A stretch of DNA of 64,000 nucleotides, from the NCBI GenBank assembly GCA_951406725.2, contig OX597824.1, positions 32,984,001 through 33,048,000 of the forward strand, in the 5' to 3' direction. Source of the stretch: Octopus vulgaris. Its lineage: Eukaryota. Every line of letters begins with the position of its first letter. Position 1 is the stretch's first letter. Of this stretch, positions 38,988 to 50,757 are shown in pieces. The notes under the pieces were generated by a model that saw only the letters and a list, made by a program, of their open reading frames with translations, did no database searches and was not told where the DNA came from. The translations under genes were made by a program, and so were the position numbers.

Positions 38988-40587
38988 AACAACAGAGGAG
39001 AGGCTCAAGAGAACAATGAAGAAGGCCTGTGATAAATATATGTTGATATAGATGAACACCCTGGCTCTCACAGCAATCAATAAAACATTATCACAAAACT
39101 GAATAAGGTTCATTAAGGGGCACAACTTTATCAAATGACAAAATTTGACCTGATAAACATTACTCCCAGTTTGGCTGACTGAATAGCAAGCAGTTTCAGG
39201 GCTACATCAACTGCTTTTATGCTTTCTCTACACCAGCAGTTCACAACCAGGGTCCACATAAGATTTTGTTGTTTAAATTTACGGGCAAAAAATTGGTTAT
39301 ACATCTACAATGCACATGGCCAAGTGGTTCAGTTGTTACACTCGCAATTTCAAGATTGAAGTTTCAATTCTCAGTCAGGGTGATGAGTTGTGTTCTTGAG
39401 CAAAAACACTTCATATCACATTGCTCCAGTTCACTCAACTGTAAATGAATAACACTGCAATGAAATGGCTTCCTATTTAGGGGGAATGTGGTGACCTCAG
39501 TCACTTACACACCAAGGAAACCAGGTAATCTGCCCTACAAATCCTAATGTCCAGGGGTTGATGATGATAATGATGATGAATATCTGATAGACAATGTTTA
39601 TTTCAAATTTTAAAAAAGGGAGTGATCTCAAGATCAGGGCTTAGCAGCATGATTCACCCAGTCCTGTCATTTCAACAGTCACTATCATAGTTATTTGAAT
39701 GTTTTAAAAAAAGATGGGTGAATGTAGCAAGGATGGCACATATGAATGACGAAGTCACCTTGAGCATAATCCTATGAACCCGGAAATTTAAAACAGAGGG
39801 TTACCTACTTGCAAACAAATGTGGTAACATGTAACAATATTGACCGAGGTTACCATGGTCTTTTCCGTAGGCTTTTCTTCCCATGGATAAACCTTATCTG
39901 CTTCCCCCTTTACATCATGACACTGTGATACACGATCCCTATTGATTGTTTTTTTTTTTTGTTTTGTTTCTTTTCCTTTTTTCTTTTTTCTGCTATCCCT
40001 TTTACGATCCCTTTTGATCGAAAACCTACCCCACCTTTATATTTTTTTCTCTCCCCCAAAAAGAAAAGCTCTACTTTGCAATCTGTCCCGCCTGTGTGAC
40101 TAAAAAAGAAACATATTTGATGGGGAAATAGATTGGTTCTTGAAGTGCATACACATGGTTTATTGTCAGAGAGTATAGCAGGGGTGATAACATTCTTTGA
40201 GAGACAAATATATATTGAGAACGTGTTAATGAATAAATGTCTGAGTGTGTACGTATATATATGCACGTGTGTGTGTGAGTGAAACACATACACATATGTA
40301 AACTTCCAGTTAAATTTATATAAGCCACTGTGGGCTACAGCTATTACAACTGCTTATTTGGCAGTCAAGAGTCAGACAACTAGAATACAACACAGCTAAC
40401 GTGAGTTAAAGCAGCCACTCAGTGCTACTTATAGCAAACCTGGCATGCTGGAGTGGGTCAGGCTGGTCAAATAACCAGACACAATCCACCGTCCATTACC
40501 ACCACTTCACCTGTGGTGTCTTTACTGGACTCTGCTCAGTTGCAAGCATTCTGTGTAGGTCACTGGTCTAAAGATAACTTAATATAT

Positions 40588-40816
40588 ATTTCTTTACTAC
40601 CCACAAGGGGCTAAGCACAGAGGGGACAAACAAGGACAAACGGATTAAGTAGATTACATCGACTCCAGTGCGTAACTGGTACTTAATTTATCGACCCCGA
40701 AAGGATGAAAGGCAGAGTCAACCTCGGCGGAATTTGAACCCAGAACGTAACGGCAGACGAAATATGGCTACGCATTTCTCCCGGCGTGCTAACATTTCTG
40801 CCAGCTCGCCGCCTTG
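40588..40816 (-). mobile_element. Young full-length SINE C
   Basis: Perfect 19-bp TSD taaagataacttaatatat (40569-40587 and 40817-40835); CpGs retained. Confidence 0.9.
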
Positions 40817-41739
40817 TAAAGATAACTTAATATATTGATACACTGTTTTCTACAAGAGAAACTTCGGAGTTATTTTTATTCCACCATTCTATGGATCCCT
40901 GTAAAATGGACATGGAGCTTGTCCTTCCTTCTCAGATTAAAAAAAATAATTTTTGAAAACATAAGTAAATTACAACAAAGCTTGAACTCTTTTGGACTTT
41001 CTAATTCTGGACCAGATATACTTAGACCTACATGATATACTTGATGATTTTATTCTGGTCACCCCACTTGATTCACCCAGTGGCCACATCTTTCTTCCAG
41101 TCATCAAATTACACAAATTTAAGCAGAATCATATCAGCCTCACACAGCTATTAACCCTTTTGTTACCAACCCGGCTGAAACTGGCTCTGGCTCTGAGTAC
41201 AAATGTCTTGTTTTCATAAGTTTTGAATTAAAACCTTCCACCAAACCTTAGTCGCAATTTATGTTCCTAACACTTGTTTAATGGTAAACTAAGTTATTTT
41301 ACTTAATTCTTTGTTATATTTAAAGTAATTGAAAGAAATACAGTAACGAAAGGGTTAAGGGGTTTAATGCTTTTGATACCAATTCACCCAAAGCCAAGGT
41401 TATAATTCCATGGTACAAACTTCTTGTTTTAAAGTGATCTAAAGTAAAACCTTCCATCAAAATTCCATGTTAACCCTTTTTATATCATCCATCCTGAGAC
41501 TGCCTGCAACAAATGTTTTGCTTTCAGACGTTCAGAATTAAAATCTTTCACCCAAATTTAGTCCATATTTTATGTTCCTAAGACTAGCTTAATAATAACA
41601 AAGTTGTTTTACTAAACTCTTCATTATATTTAAAGTTGATTGAAGTAAACACAGAATATCTCAACAGAAACATGGCAACAGAAGGGTTAATTTATGTTCC
41701 AAACTCCAGATTAATTAATGAGAAATAATCTACAGGTGC

Positions 41740-42342
41740 CTCTTATACCCAGTTTTTAAATGATTTAAGAGGTAAACTGGGTAGAAGAGGCATCAATTGT
41801 TATGTGCAAGAGGGAAGACCATGCTGGTTTGGTCATGTGATGCGTGTGGATGAGGGCAGCTGCAGAAAGAAGTGCCAAGCTCTAATTATAGAAGGTACCT
41901 ATGGAAGAGGTAGACCTGAGAAGACATGGGACAAAGTAGTGAGAAAGGATCTTCAGACACTGGGCCTCACTGAAGGAATGACAAGGGACCGGTAGATGCG
42001 GCAATTTGCTGTACTTGATAAGTTGTGTCAAGTTAAGTAAAATTGCTGTCTTCTACACACAGAGATTTGTCCTTTCAAGTGCCAGTGTCGCGTAAAAAGC
42101 ACCCATGCTGGTGCTGCGTTAATGCATCCATACTGGTACTACATAAATACGCCTGTGCCAGTGACACATGAAAAGCACCCAGTACACTCTGTTAAGTGGA
42201 TGGCATCAGGAAGGGCATCCAGCCGTAGAAACCATGCCACAACAGACAATTGGAGCCTGGACAGATTTGCTAGCCAGCTACATGTCTAACTGTTCAACCC
42301 ATGCCAGCATGGAAAGCAAACATTAAATGGTGATGATGATGA
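41740..42342 (+). mobile_element. RTE-clade LINE 3' fragment with 3' UTR
   Basis: WFGHVMRVDEGSCRKKC...GRGRPEKTWDKVVRKDL; (gat)n tail. Confidence 0.85.
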
Positions 42343-42734
42343 TTAGTTTCAAAATTAATTCAAACACAAGCAGTGTATTTCAATATAAACATAGTTTTGA
42401 AAGGAGCAAGAAAACTAAAAGTGAGCCCTGTTTATCCTCCCAACACTAAACAAAATAATTTACTGTTTAAACTGGCACTCCGTTGGCTAAGACAAGGGCT
42501 CCAGATGATCCAATCAACAGAACAGCCTGCTCATGAAATTAATGTGCAAGTGGCTGAGCACTCCACAGAGACATGTATTCTTAACATAGTTTTTTAGGAG
42601 ATTCAGCATGACACAGAATGTGACAAGGTTAGCCCTTTGAAATACAGGTGCAACTAATTTTTGCCAGCTGAGTGGACTTGCTCAAGGATAGAACATGCTG
42701 CTGGCTATCAAACTCATGACCATGAGCCAAAATA

Positions 42735-44015
42735 TCAGGTCATCCTATAAGTTCTGTCCGATTTTACCTTTTTCAAAATTGAATGAAATTTAATAGTATT
42801 TTAGAATGTCTAATAGAATTAAAAATTATTTTTATGCATTTGTGTACATTTAAACTAATTAAATATTATTTTATAGAATAATAGAATTAAAATTTCTTTG
42901 ATTAAAACCTTTTCTAACATGGAAGTGTCCAAAGAGCATTTGAGGCACATAATGCTTTATGAGTACAAAAAAGGAAACTCTGCAGCCAAAGGAACTCGAA
43001 ACATACACTCAGCTTATGGGAAAGAATGCTTGAATGAAAGAACTTGCAGAAGATGGTTTGCAAAATTCAGAAGTGGAGATTTCAGCCTTGAAGATGAAGA
43101 TCGAATAGGACATCCAGTTGAGTTTGATGACAAGCTCCTTGAGGCATTGCTTGAAGAAAATCCGGCCTCATCAGTTGAAGAATTGCCAATAAAGCTTGGA
43201 TCAAACCATACAACTGTTCATCGTCATCTTCAACAACTTCAAATGGTTCCTAAACTTGGAAAATGGGTGCCTCATGAATTGTCTGAAAGCAACTGCAAAT
43301 CCTGAGTTGACATCTGCTCTTCTCTCCATTCTCGTGAACTCATTTCACCCTTTTTGGATAGACTTGTGACTAGTGATGAAAAATGGATCTTCTATCGAAA
43401 TGTTAAATGTTGTAGACAGTGGCTTGGTGAAAGGGAAAAAGCTCAACCACAATCGAGAAAAGAACTTCATGAAAAAAAGGCTCTCTCTATCTGGTGGGAT
43501 TGCAAAGGAGTAATTCACTTTGAATTGTTACCATCTAATGCAGCAATCAATGCTCAAGTCTGCTGTCAGCAATTAGAGCGTTTGAACCAAGAAAAAGTGA
43601 CCCGCTTTAGTGAATCGAAAAGGAGTTATGTTTCATCAGGACAATGTGCGATCCCACACTGCAAAGATCACATCACAGAAGATCGAAGAGCTAGGTTATA
43701 AAAAATTCCTCATCCACCTTATTCTCCTAGCCTTGCTCCTTCAGACTACCATTTGTTTCATAGTTTACAGAATCATTTGGGGGACATAACTTTCTCAGGC
43801 CAAGAGGAGGTCAAAACCGACATTTCAGAGTTCTTCGCTTTGAAACCAAAAGAGTTTTACATTGATGGGGTTAAAAAGCTTGTAAATAGATGGAAGGAAG
43901 TAATAGATGATCAAGGAAAGTACATTGATGATTAAATTTGAATTAAATATAACATTTGATCACTTGTTTTCTTTATTCAAAATTCGGACAGAACTTATGG
44001 GATGACCTGACCTGA
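42735..44015 (+). mobile_element. Full-length mariner (DD34D) transposon, ~1.28 kb, inserted in a SINE B head
   Basis: TIRs tcaggtcatcctataagttctgtccga / tcggacagaacttatgggatgacctga; TA TSD at 42733-42734 and 44016-44017. Confidence 0.95.
42919..43935 (+). pseudogene. Mariner transposase pseudogene (mellifera-subfamily-like)
   Basis: MEVSKEHLRHIMLY...WFAKFRSGDFSLED, WVPHEL, VTSDEKW, HQDN, HPPYSPSLAPSDYHLF; stop at 43303-43305 and a frameshift near 43590. Confidence 0.92.
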
Positions 44016-44353
44016 TATTCTAACCACTAAATCAGAAATAAAAAGACATTAAAAAGACGAAATTTTTTTTATTCTCCTAATGATCTCCAGTCTTATAGTT
44101 TGAAAATCTTGTTATACTTAACCCCTTTTCATACCAACCTATTCAAGACCATCCTTGGTTCTATGGTATGAATTTCATGATTTAAAGTGATCTGAAGTAA
44201 AACTTTTGCTCAAAATTTCAGCTTAATCTATGTTCCAAACATTAGCTTAGTACTGACAATGTGAAATAACTAAATTTTACATTATTTTCAAAATTATTGA
44301 AATAGTGGCAGTGCTTTTAAATAGAAATATGGTTACAAAAGGATTAACATTAC

Positions 44354-44446
44354 CTGACTTGCCATGGTTCCTTATTTTGTAGAAAGGTCCTTTAAGCAGA
44401 TGGCCAATAAATCTATGGTGGTTTATATAGCAGACTCAGTGTTTAC
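44354..44446 (-). CDS. Candidate start-codon exon (5' UTR plus ATG GCA AGT CAG = MASQ; ATG at 44365-44363)
   Basis: Acceptor tgtttattgcag, donor CAG|gtaatg, strong Kozak context accATGG, in-frame upstream TAA, phase 0 with the 31231 exon. Confidence 0.55.
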
Positions 44447-45574
44447 CTGCAATAAACAATAGAAAATATTTTGATTTACAGAATACTTTCAGAAAATAAC
44501 TACACAAATAGGCACAAGTGCGGCTGTGTGTTAAGAAACTGGCTTCCCAACCACATGGCACCTTGGGCAAGTTTTTCAACTATAGCCTCATGCAGACCAA
44601 AGCCTTGTGAGTGTATTCGGTAAACAGAAACTGAAAGAAGCCATTGTGTGTGTGTCCCTCCCACCACCACTACCACTACTTGACAACCAGTGTTGACATG
44701 TTTACATCCCTGTAACTTAGCAGTTCGACCAACAGAATAAGCACCAGGCTTACAAAAATGAGTACTGGGGTCAAATCGTTCGATTAAAAAACAATTTCTT
44801 CAAGGCAGTGCCCCAGAATGGCCATAGTCTGACTGAAAAAAGCAAAAGATAAAAGATAAAATAATTACTAGTATATTGGCATTAAGTTGGTAATAATATA
44901 TATGTACTGACATTTTAGATTATTTAGGTCTGTCATTGTTGGTTCCTACTATATTTGATGGCATAAAAGTGAGGCACAAGTAGATTAGACACATCTCATT
45001 TTCAACAGCACACATTGAGGAAAAATAGTTTTTAGTACATTAAAGCATGTAATATTTAAAGCAATCAAGCAGAATATTACAAAACATTATTTAAACATTA
45101 ATAAGATTTTAAGCAAATATTGTTATGGAATCAAACTAGATAGAAAAGAACTGTCTGGACTAAAATTAGCCTACTGTAGCGAGTGTCAGGACAAAATTAG
45201 CTTGGAGGAGACCCGACTTCATATATATAGGACCTGGGGTGATTTTTAGACATTTTTTTTTAGGAAAAAAAAAGTGCATCAATGCCTTGAAATACAGTAA
45301 TTCTCAAATAATATTCTGATATGTGTAAAATTTTAGCAGAGGGAAAGATTACAGATATCAATTTAAAATGCAATGCTAAGAATACTTCTTTCAATAATTT
45401 ATGTAACAAGGCATAAAGAGGCATAGGCATGGCTATGTGGTTAAGCTGGCTTCCCAACCATGTGGTTGAGGATTCAGTCCCACTGCATGGCACTTTGGGT
45501 AACTAACTTCTAGTATAGCCCTGATCAAAGCCTTGTGTGTAAATCTGGTAGATGGAAACTGAAAGACGCATGTC

Positions 45575-45615
<41 letters not shown>

Positions 45616-46487
45616 TCATCATTATTGTTTAATGTTTGTTTTCCATACTGGCATGGGTTGGGTGGTTTGACCAGAACTGGCAAGCCAGAGAGCAGCCCCA
45701 GCATTCTGTTTTGGTAAGGTTTCTATGGCTGAATGCCAACCACTTTACAGAGTGTACAGGGTGCTTTTTACGTGGCACCAGCACAGGTGCTTTTTATGTG
45801 GTCCCGACACAGGTGCTTTTTACATGACACCTGCACAGGTCTTTTTCACGTGGCACCCATACAAGTGCTTTTCACACACACACACACACACACGTATATA
45901 TCATCTGGTCATAGAAGACCTGCCTCAACAAATTCTATCTGACTCATGCAAGCATGGAAAAGTGGACATTAAATGATAATGAAGATGATGAACAAAGAAG
46001 AACAATTCTCATGAATAAGAGTTGGGTGGTTCTCTTTTACTCTTTTACTTGTTTCAGTCATTTGACTGTGGCCATGCTGGAGCACCGCCTTTAGTCGAGC
46101 AAATCGACCCCAGGACTTATTCTTCGGAAGCCTAGTATTTATTCTATCGGTCTCTTTTGCCGAACCACTAAGTTACGGGGGCATAAACACACCAGCATCG
46201 GTTGTCAAGTGATGTTGGGGGGACACACACAAACACACATACACACATGCATACATACATGCATACATACACACATGCATACATGCATATATATATACAT
46301 ATATACAACAGGCTTCTTTCAGTTTCCGTCTACCAAATCCACTCACAAGGCTTTGGTCAGCCTGAGGCTATAGCAGAAGACACTTGCCCAAGGTGCCATG
46401 CAGTGCGACTGAACCCGGAACCATGTGGTTGGTAAGCAAGCTACTTACCAGACAGCCACTCCTGTGCCTGTGAAATAAAATACTTAC

Positions 46488-46557
46488 GTTATGGATAATT
46501 GCCAAAAGAATGTTGCAAAGGATGTGGGGCCAAGGTAGTTTAAAAAGATGTAATTTT
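46488..46557 (-). other. Candidate non-coding 5' UTR exon (70 nt)
   Basis: Acceptor cttttctctgtcatctgtctgtag, donor AAC|gtaagt, no ATG. Confidence 0.45.
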
Positions 46558-47362
46558 CTACAGACAGATGACAGAGAAAAGTATTCTGTTCTCAGATCTG
46601 GGAAGCAAGATACAGTTTGCTGACTATGGAGGAAAAAAAGACATGTAGGAGGTGTTCATAAGAACAAGAACTACTGAAGAAATTTTTGACTACACAGAAA
46701 GGGAACTACAGCATGATGTTTGTTGTTTTGATTCCCCACCACCTTCTGCTAGTTAATCTACCTCCATTTTTTTTTTCTTTGTTCCCTTGGTGAGATAGTT
46801 ATAGGGTAGGGGTTCCCAATAATTTTATCTTTTATATTTTTAATGTTTTTTTTTGTTTTTCTTCCTGTAAAAATATGTTGTTCATAAGAACAAAGTCTAC
46901 TAATTTTTTTCTACTCTAGGCACAAATTTTGGGGGAGGGGGCCAGTTGATTAGATCGACCCCAGTACGCAACTGGTACTTAATTTATCGACCTCGGCGAA
47001 ATTTGATCGCAGAATGTAAAGACAGACAAAATACCTATTTCTTTACTACCCACAAGGGGCTAAACACAGAGAGGACAAACAAGGACAGACAAACGGATTA
47101 AGTTGATTATATGGACCCCAGTGCGTAACTGGTACTTATTTAATCGACCCCAAAAGGATGAAAGGCAAAGTCGACTTCGGCGGAATTTGAACTCAGAACG
47201 TAGTGGCAGATGAAATACCGTTAAGCATTTCGCCTGGTGTGTAAATGCAACCAAGAAAGGAAAAAACAAACAAAAAAAGAAAGAAAACACAAAACGACAG
47301 CTAGTTAAATACTTTGATGATGAATATAGTAATGTACAGTCACATCTAACATGTTTGTATAC

Positions 47363-47480
47363 TGCACAAGTTGTCTCAAGAGAAGAAATTCTCCTTACAG
47401 ACAATATGAGTGTAAACATACCATTAGGCCATGGATGACTATTATCTCTAAGGAGAACTTCTCTTGAGACAACTTGTACA
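47363..47480. repeat. Inverted repeat with ~43-bp arms
   Basis: tgcacaagttgtctcaagagaagaaattctcctta...taaggagaacttctcttgagacaacttgtaca. Confidence 0.8.
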
Positions 47481-49077
47481 ACATATTGTATTGTCTTTCC
47501 ATATCTGAATGTGGGTGAACATATTACAATAATGATTGTACATAATTATATTTCATTCAGCATTGCTTAGTGCACTTCTAATTAATTAAGATGAAGAATT
47601 TTGTCAGTCAGTTTTATCTTGAGTATGATTGAACATGTTTGGAAGTGAGAAAAAAACTCATTCAATGTCTGTCAGACACCATACTTCAATTCATCATACT
47701 ACATTTACAATTCAAACCACACCTGAGTTAACTTAGTCTTTTATAACTGAGAACAATAAAATGAACACCAAAATAACTCTAGGATCAATTCAATCAACTT
47801 ATAACCCCCCTTTGCTTATAGCCAATTGGCATTATGCCTGGTGAAAGAGTTGGGGGTGGGGGGTGGAATCAATAATTCAGCAACTGAAGTAAATAAATCA
47901 TTCCATACTGAGGAGAAATATGCCAAAGACTTGCTAGTATATTGGTTAAATCAGGAGCTGATCAAGACTAAATGATTTTGTGTCTCTCCTCCATGTACAT
48001 CTCGTCTCAACGTACAAGGTTGTCGTCATTCAAGGAGAGGTCATCTGGAACAGTTAGATCTAATATTGTAGGCTGACAACAGGTAAATTATTCATGAAAC
48101 AGAGGAAATATGATACAGCTTGTTTCTTTCCGAGAATTAAATAATAATTGACTTTCACTGCTGCTTTGATAATTATTAGGAGGTAATCAAACCCCATAGC
48201 CTGCTTAGACAGAAGCATATGCAATTAAATAAATCATCTTTTTCACATTTATATAGTAAATCTCCAATTTAAGGCTACATTTTGGTCAGAGTTTGCAAAT
48301 ATACAACCCAAACCATTACATACAAGATTAACTATCTTCCAACACACTCCACCCACTATAGCTACCTCTGTGTACCTGTACATCTCCCACCTCACCACTC
48401 CTATATCTTGCACATCATTCCCCTACTTCCTTGTCTCTCCCACCTTATCCCCACCTCATTCTGCTATTTCCCATCAACTGCAGCTCCACTTTTGTTCATC
48501 ACTCGCCACCCCCCACCCCCAGCCCCAACTATCTCCAACTATCTATCTCTCTCCTCTCATAATCTTATGGAACCCCACCACCACCATCACCACAAATCCA
48601 CTGTCTGTATCCTCTTTTATACTCACCTTCTTGTACCTTGACAATTTGCTCTGGCACCCCAACACTACCATCTTATCTTCACAGTTACCCCTACTCAACC
48701 ATATAAAATGTGGGGTAGCTGCGTGGCACCTCTATTTGTCTCTCTATCATATCTTAACCTTTCAACACCTGGCATAAAACCACACCCGTCTCCCAAATAC
48801 CCACCACCACGACTAGTTAGTCAAAGAGGCTTTTTCTTTTTCCTTCTTCTGTCTCACAAGTAACCTGGTAACCTCACTAGTGCTGACGGTACAAGTAAAG
48901 CACCTAGTAAACATAAAATAGTGATTTGGTAATTTTTTTTTATGATAAAAGAACAAATAACTTCTATTTTTGAAGTAATTTTTTGAATATTTTGTTTGAT
49001 GGCAATTTAAAAAGTAAAAGAACAGGTTCCTCACAAAATATCTCAGAAATGATGATGACAATGATAAAAATAATAAT

Positions 49078-49410
49078 AAAAAGAAATGGAGAAATTTTCA
49101 AAATACTGAGACCTGGAAATAGAGGTGACTTGAATGTGGAGTCTAAAAACTGAAACAATTCTTATCATAATAGGCACATTAGGTATGATAAAAGAAATAA
49201 ATAACAAAAACACCAAGACTAACAAATATATATTACAGAAAATAACACTACTAGGCACCGCACACATCCTACGTAAAACACTTTCAATACAATAACAATA
49301 AGAGCATCATAACAAACCACAGCACATAACCAAGGCACACAGAGCTGTGCTTGGTAGTGCGATGAAAGCATGTGATAAAAATAAGACTACTGAATGATAA
49401 TAATAATAAT
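49078..49410 (+). mobile_element. Dong/R4-clade LINE 3' fragment
   Basis: EKFSKY*DLEIEVT*MWSLKTET...IIIGTLG...LQKITLLGTAHILRKTLSIQ* (REL-endonuclease C-terminus); (TAA)n on both sides. Confidence 0.8.
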
Positions 49411-50039
49411 ATTATAGGCACAAGGCCTGAAATTTTGGGGGAGGAGACTCGTTGATTACATCAACCCCAGTACTCAACTGGTACTTAATTTATCAACCCA
49501 AAAGGATGAAAGGCAAAGTCAACCTTGGTAGAATTTCAACTCAGAATGTAAAGTGAGGCAAAATGCCGCTAAGCATTTCGTCCAGCATGCTAACGATTTT
49601 GCCAGCTCACTGCCTTAATAATAAAAATAACAATGATAATCCTTTCTACTATAAGTACAAGACCTGGAATTTGGGGGAGGGTACTTATTATATCGACCCC
49701 GAAAGGATGAAAGGCAAAGTCAACCTCATTAGAATTTGAATTCAGAATGTAACAACAGACAAAATACTGATAAGCATTTCACCTGCCATGCTTACAATTC
49801 TACCAGCTTGCCGTCTTATTAATAATAGTAATGGTTTTAAATTTTGGCTCAAGATCAGCAATTTCAGTAGGAAGGGGTAGGTTGACACCTTTTTCCACTA
49901 GTGGGGGGAATGCAGGACAGTCCAGTTAAAATTCTGATTGTTCAACTCAATAAACAAAGTCAATCTGTATTTTATTGCAGGTCATAGTGCAATCTTCTTA
50001 TTGTATATTTACCTTCATAAGGAGTTACATCAATGTTAA

Positions 50040-50412
50040 TAATAATAATAATTAATTCGTTTATTGGCCACAAGGGCTGACAAAAATTAATTAAAACATA
50101 AAGGGACAAAACACAGGACGAAAGTTACAAAGGGTTTTGTCCGTTTGCAAAAAACCGTGTAAAAATTCCAGAGATAACAACGAAAATATAACAATTGAAA
50201 TTCCCAATAGGGGGAGGCGCTTCGAAAGGTTACTCGTGGAAAAACCCATAAAAGCCATGGGAGCCTGGTCAAAAGCGGGGTAGAGAGCCCCTTTCTCCTT
50301 TTATAATACCTTTTTATACTACAGGTGTATCCTCAGAATTGGTCCATTTATACTGGCCATTCTTGCGACATTTACCCACCTTTCAGTAAACTTTGCTATC
50401 AGACAGCACTTC
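50040..50412 (-). mobile_element. LINE 3' end, probably Tx1/L1 clade
   Basis: ORF end KFTERWVNVARMASINGPILRIHL*, 3' UTR, AATAAA and (ATT)n tail. Confidence 0.55.
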
Positions 50413-50757
50413 CAATAATAATAATAATTCTTTCTACTATAGGCACAAGGCCTGAATGTAAAGTCGACCTTGGTGGAATTTGAACGTGATGACAGATGAA
50501 ATGGCACTAAGCATTTTGCTTGGTGCGGTAACAATTCTATCAGCTCACGGCCTTAAATAACAATGATAATAATTTTAAATTTGGGCACAAGGCCAGCAAT
50601 TTGGAGTGGAGATAAGAAATTGATTACATCGACCCTTCCTTCCCAGTGCTCACTAGTACCCACTTCATTGACTCCAAAAGGATGAAAGGAAAAAGTCAAC
50701 CCTGATATGGTAATGATTCTGCCAGCTCACCACCTTAATAATAACCCTTTCTACTAT

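Larger units (their letters stand above)
1..46557 (-). other. Span of a multi-exon CCDC9-like gene (5' part; continues beyond position 1, 5' end uncertain and possibly further upstream)
   Basis: Consecutive minus-strand GT-AG exons in compatible phase; the spliced N-terminus resembles CCDC9 family proteins. Confidence 0.7.

Noticed and set aside
47411-47422. tgtaaacatacc, resembling the miR-30 5' end
   Set aside because: Lies in the hairpin loop rather than an arm, and the match is short.
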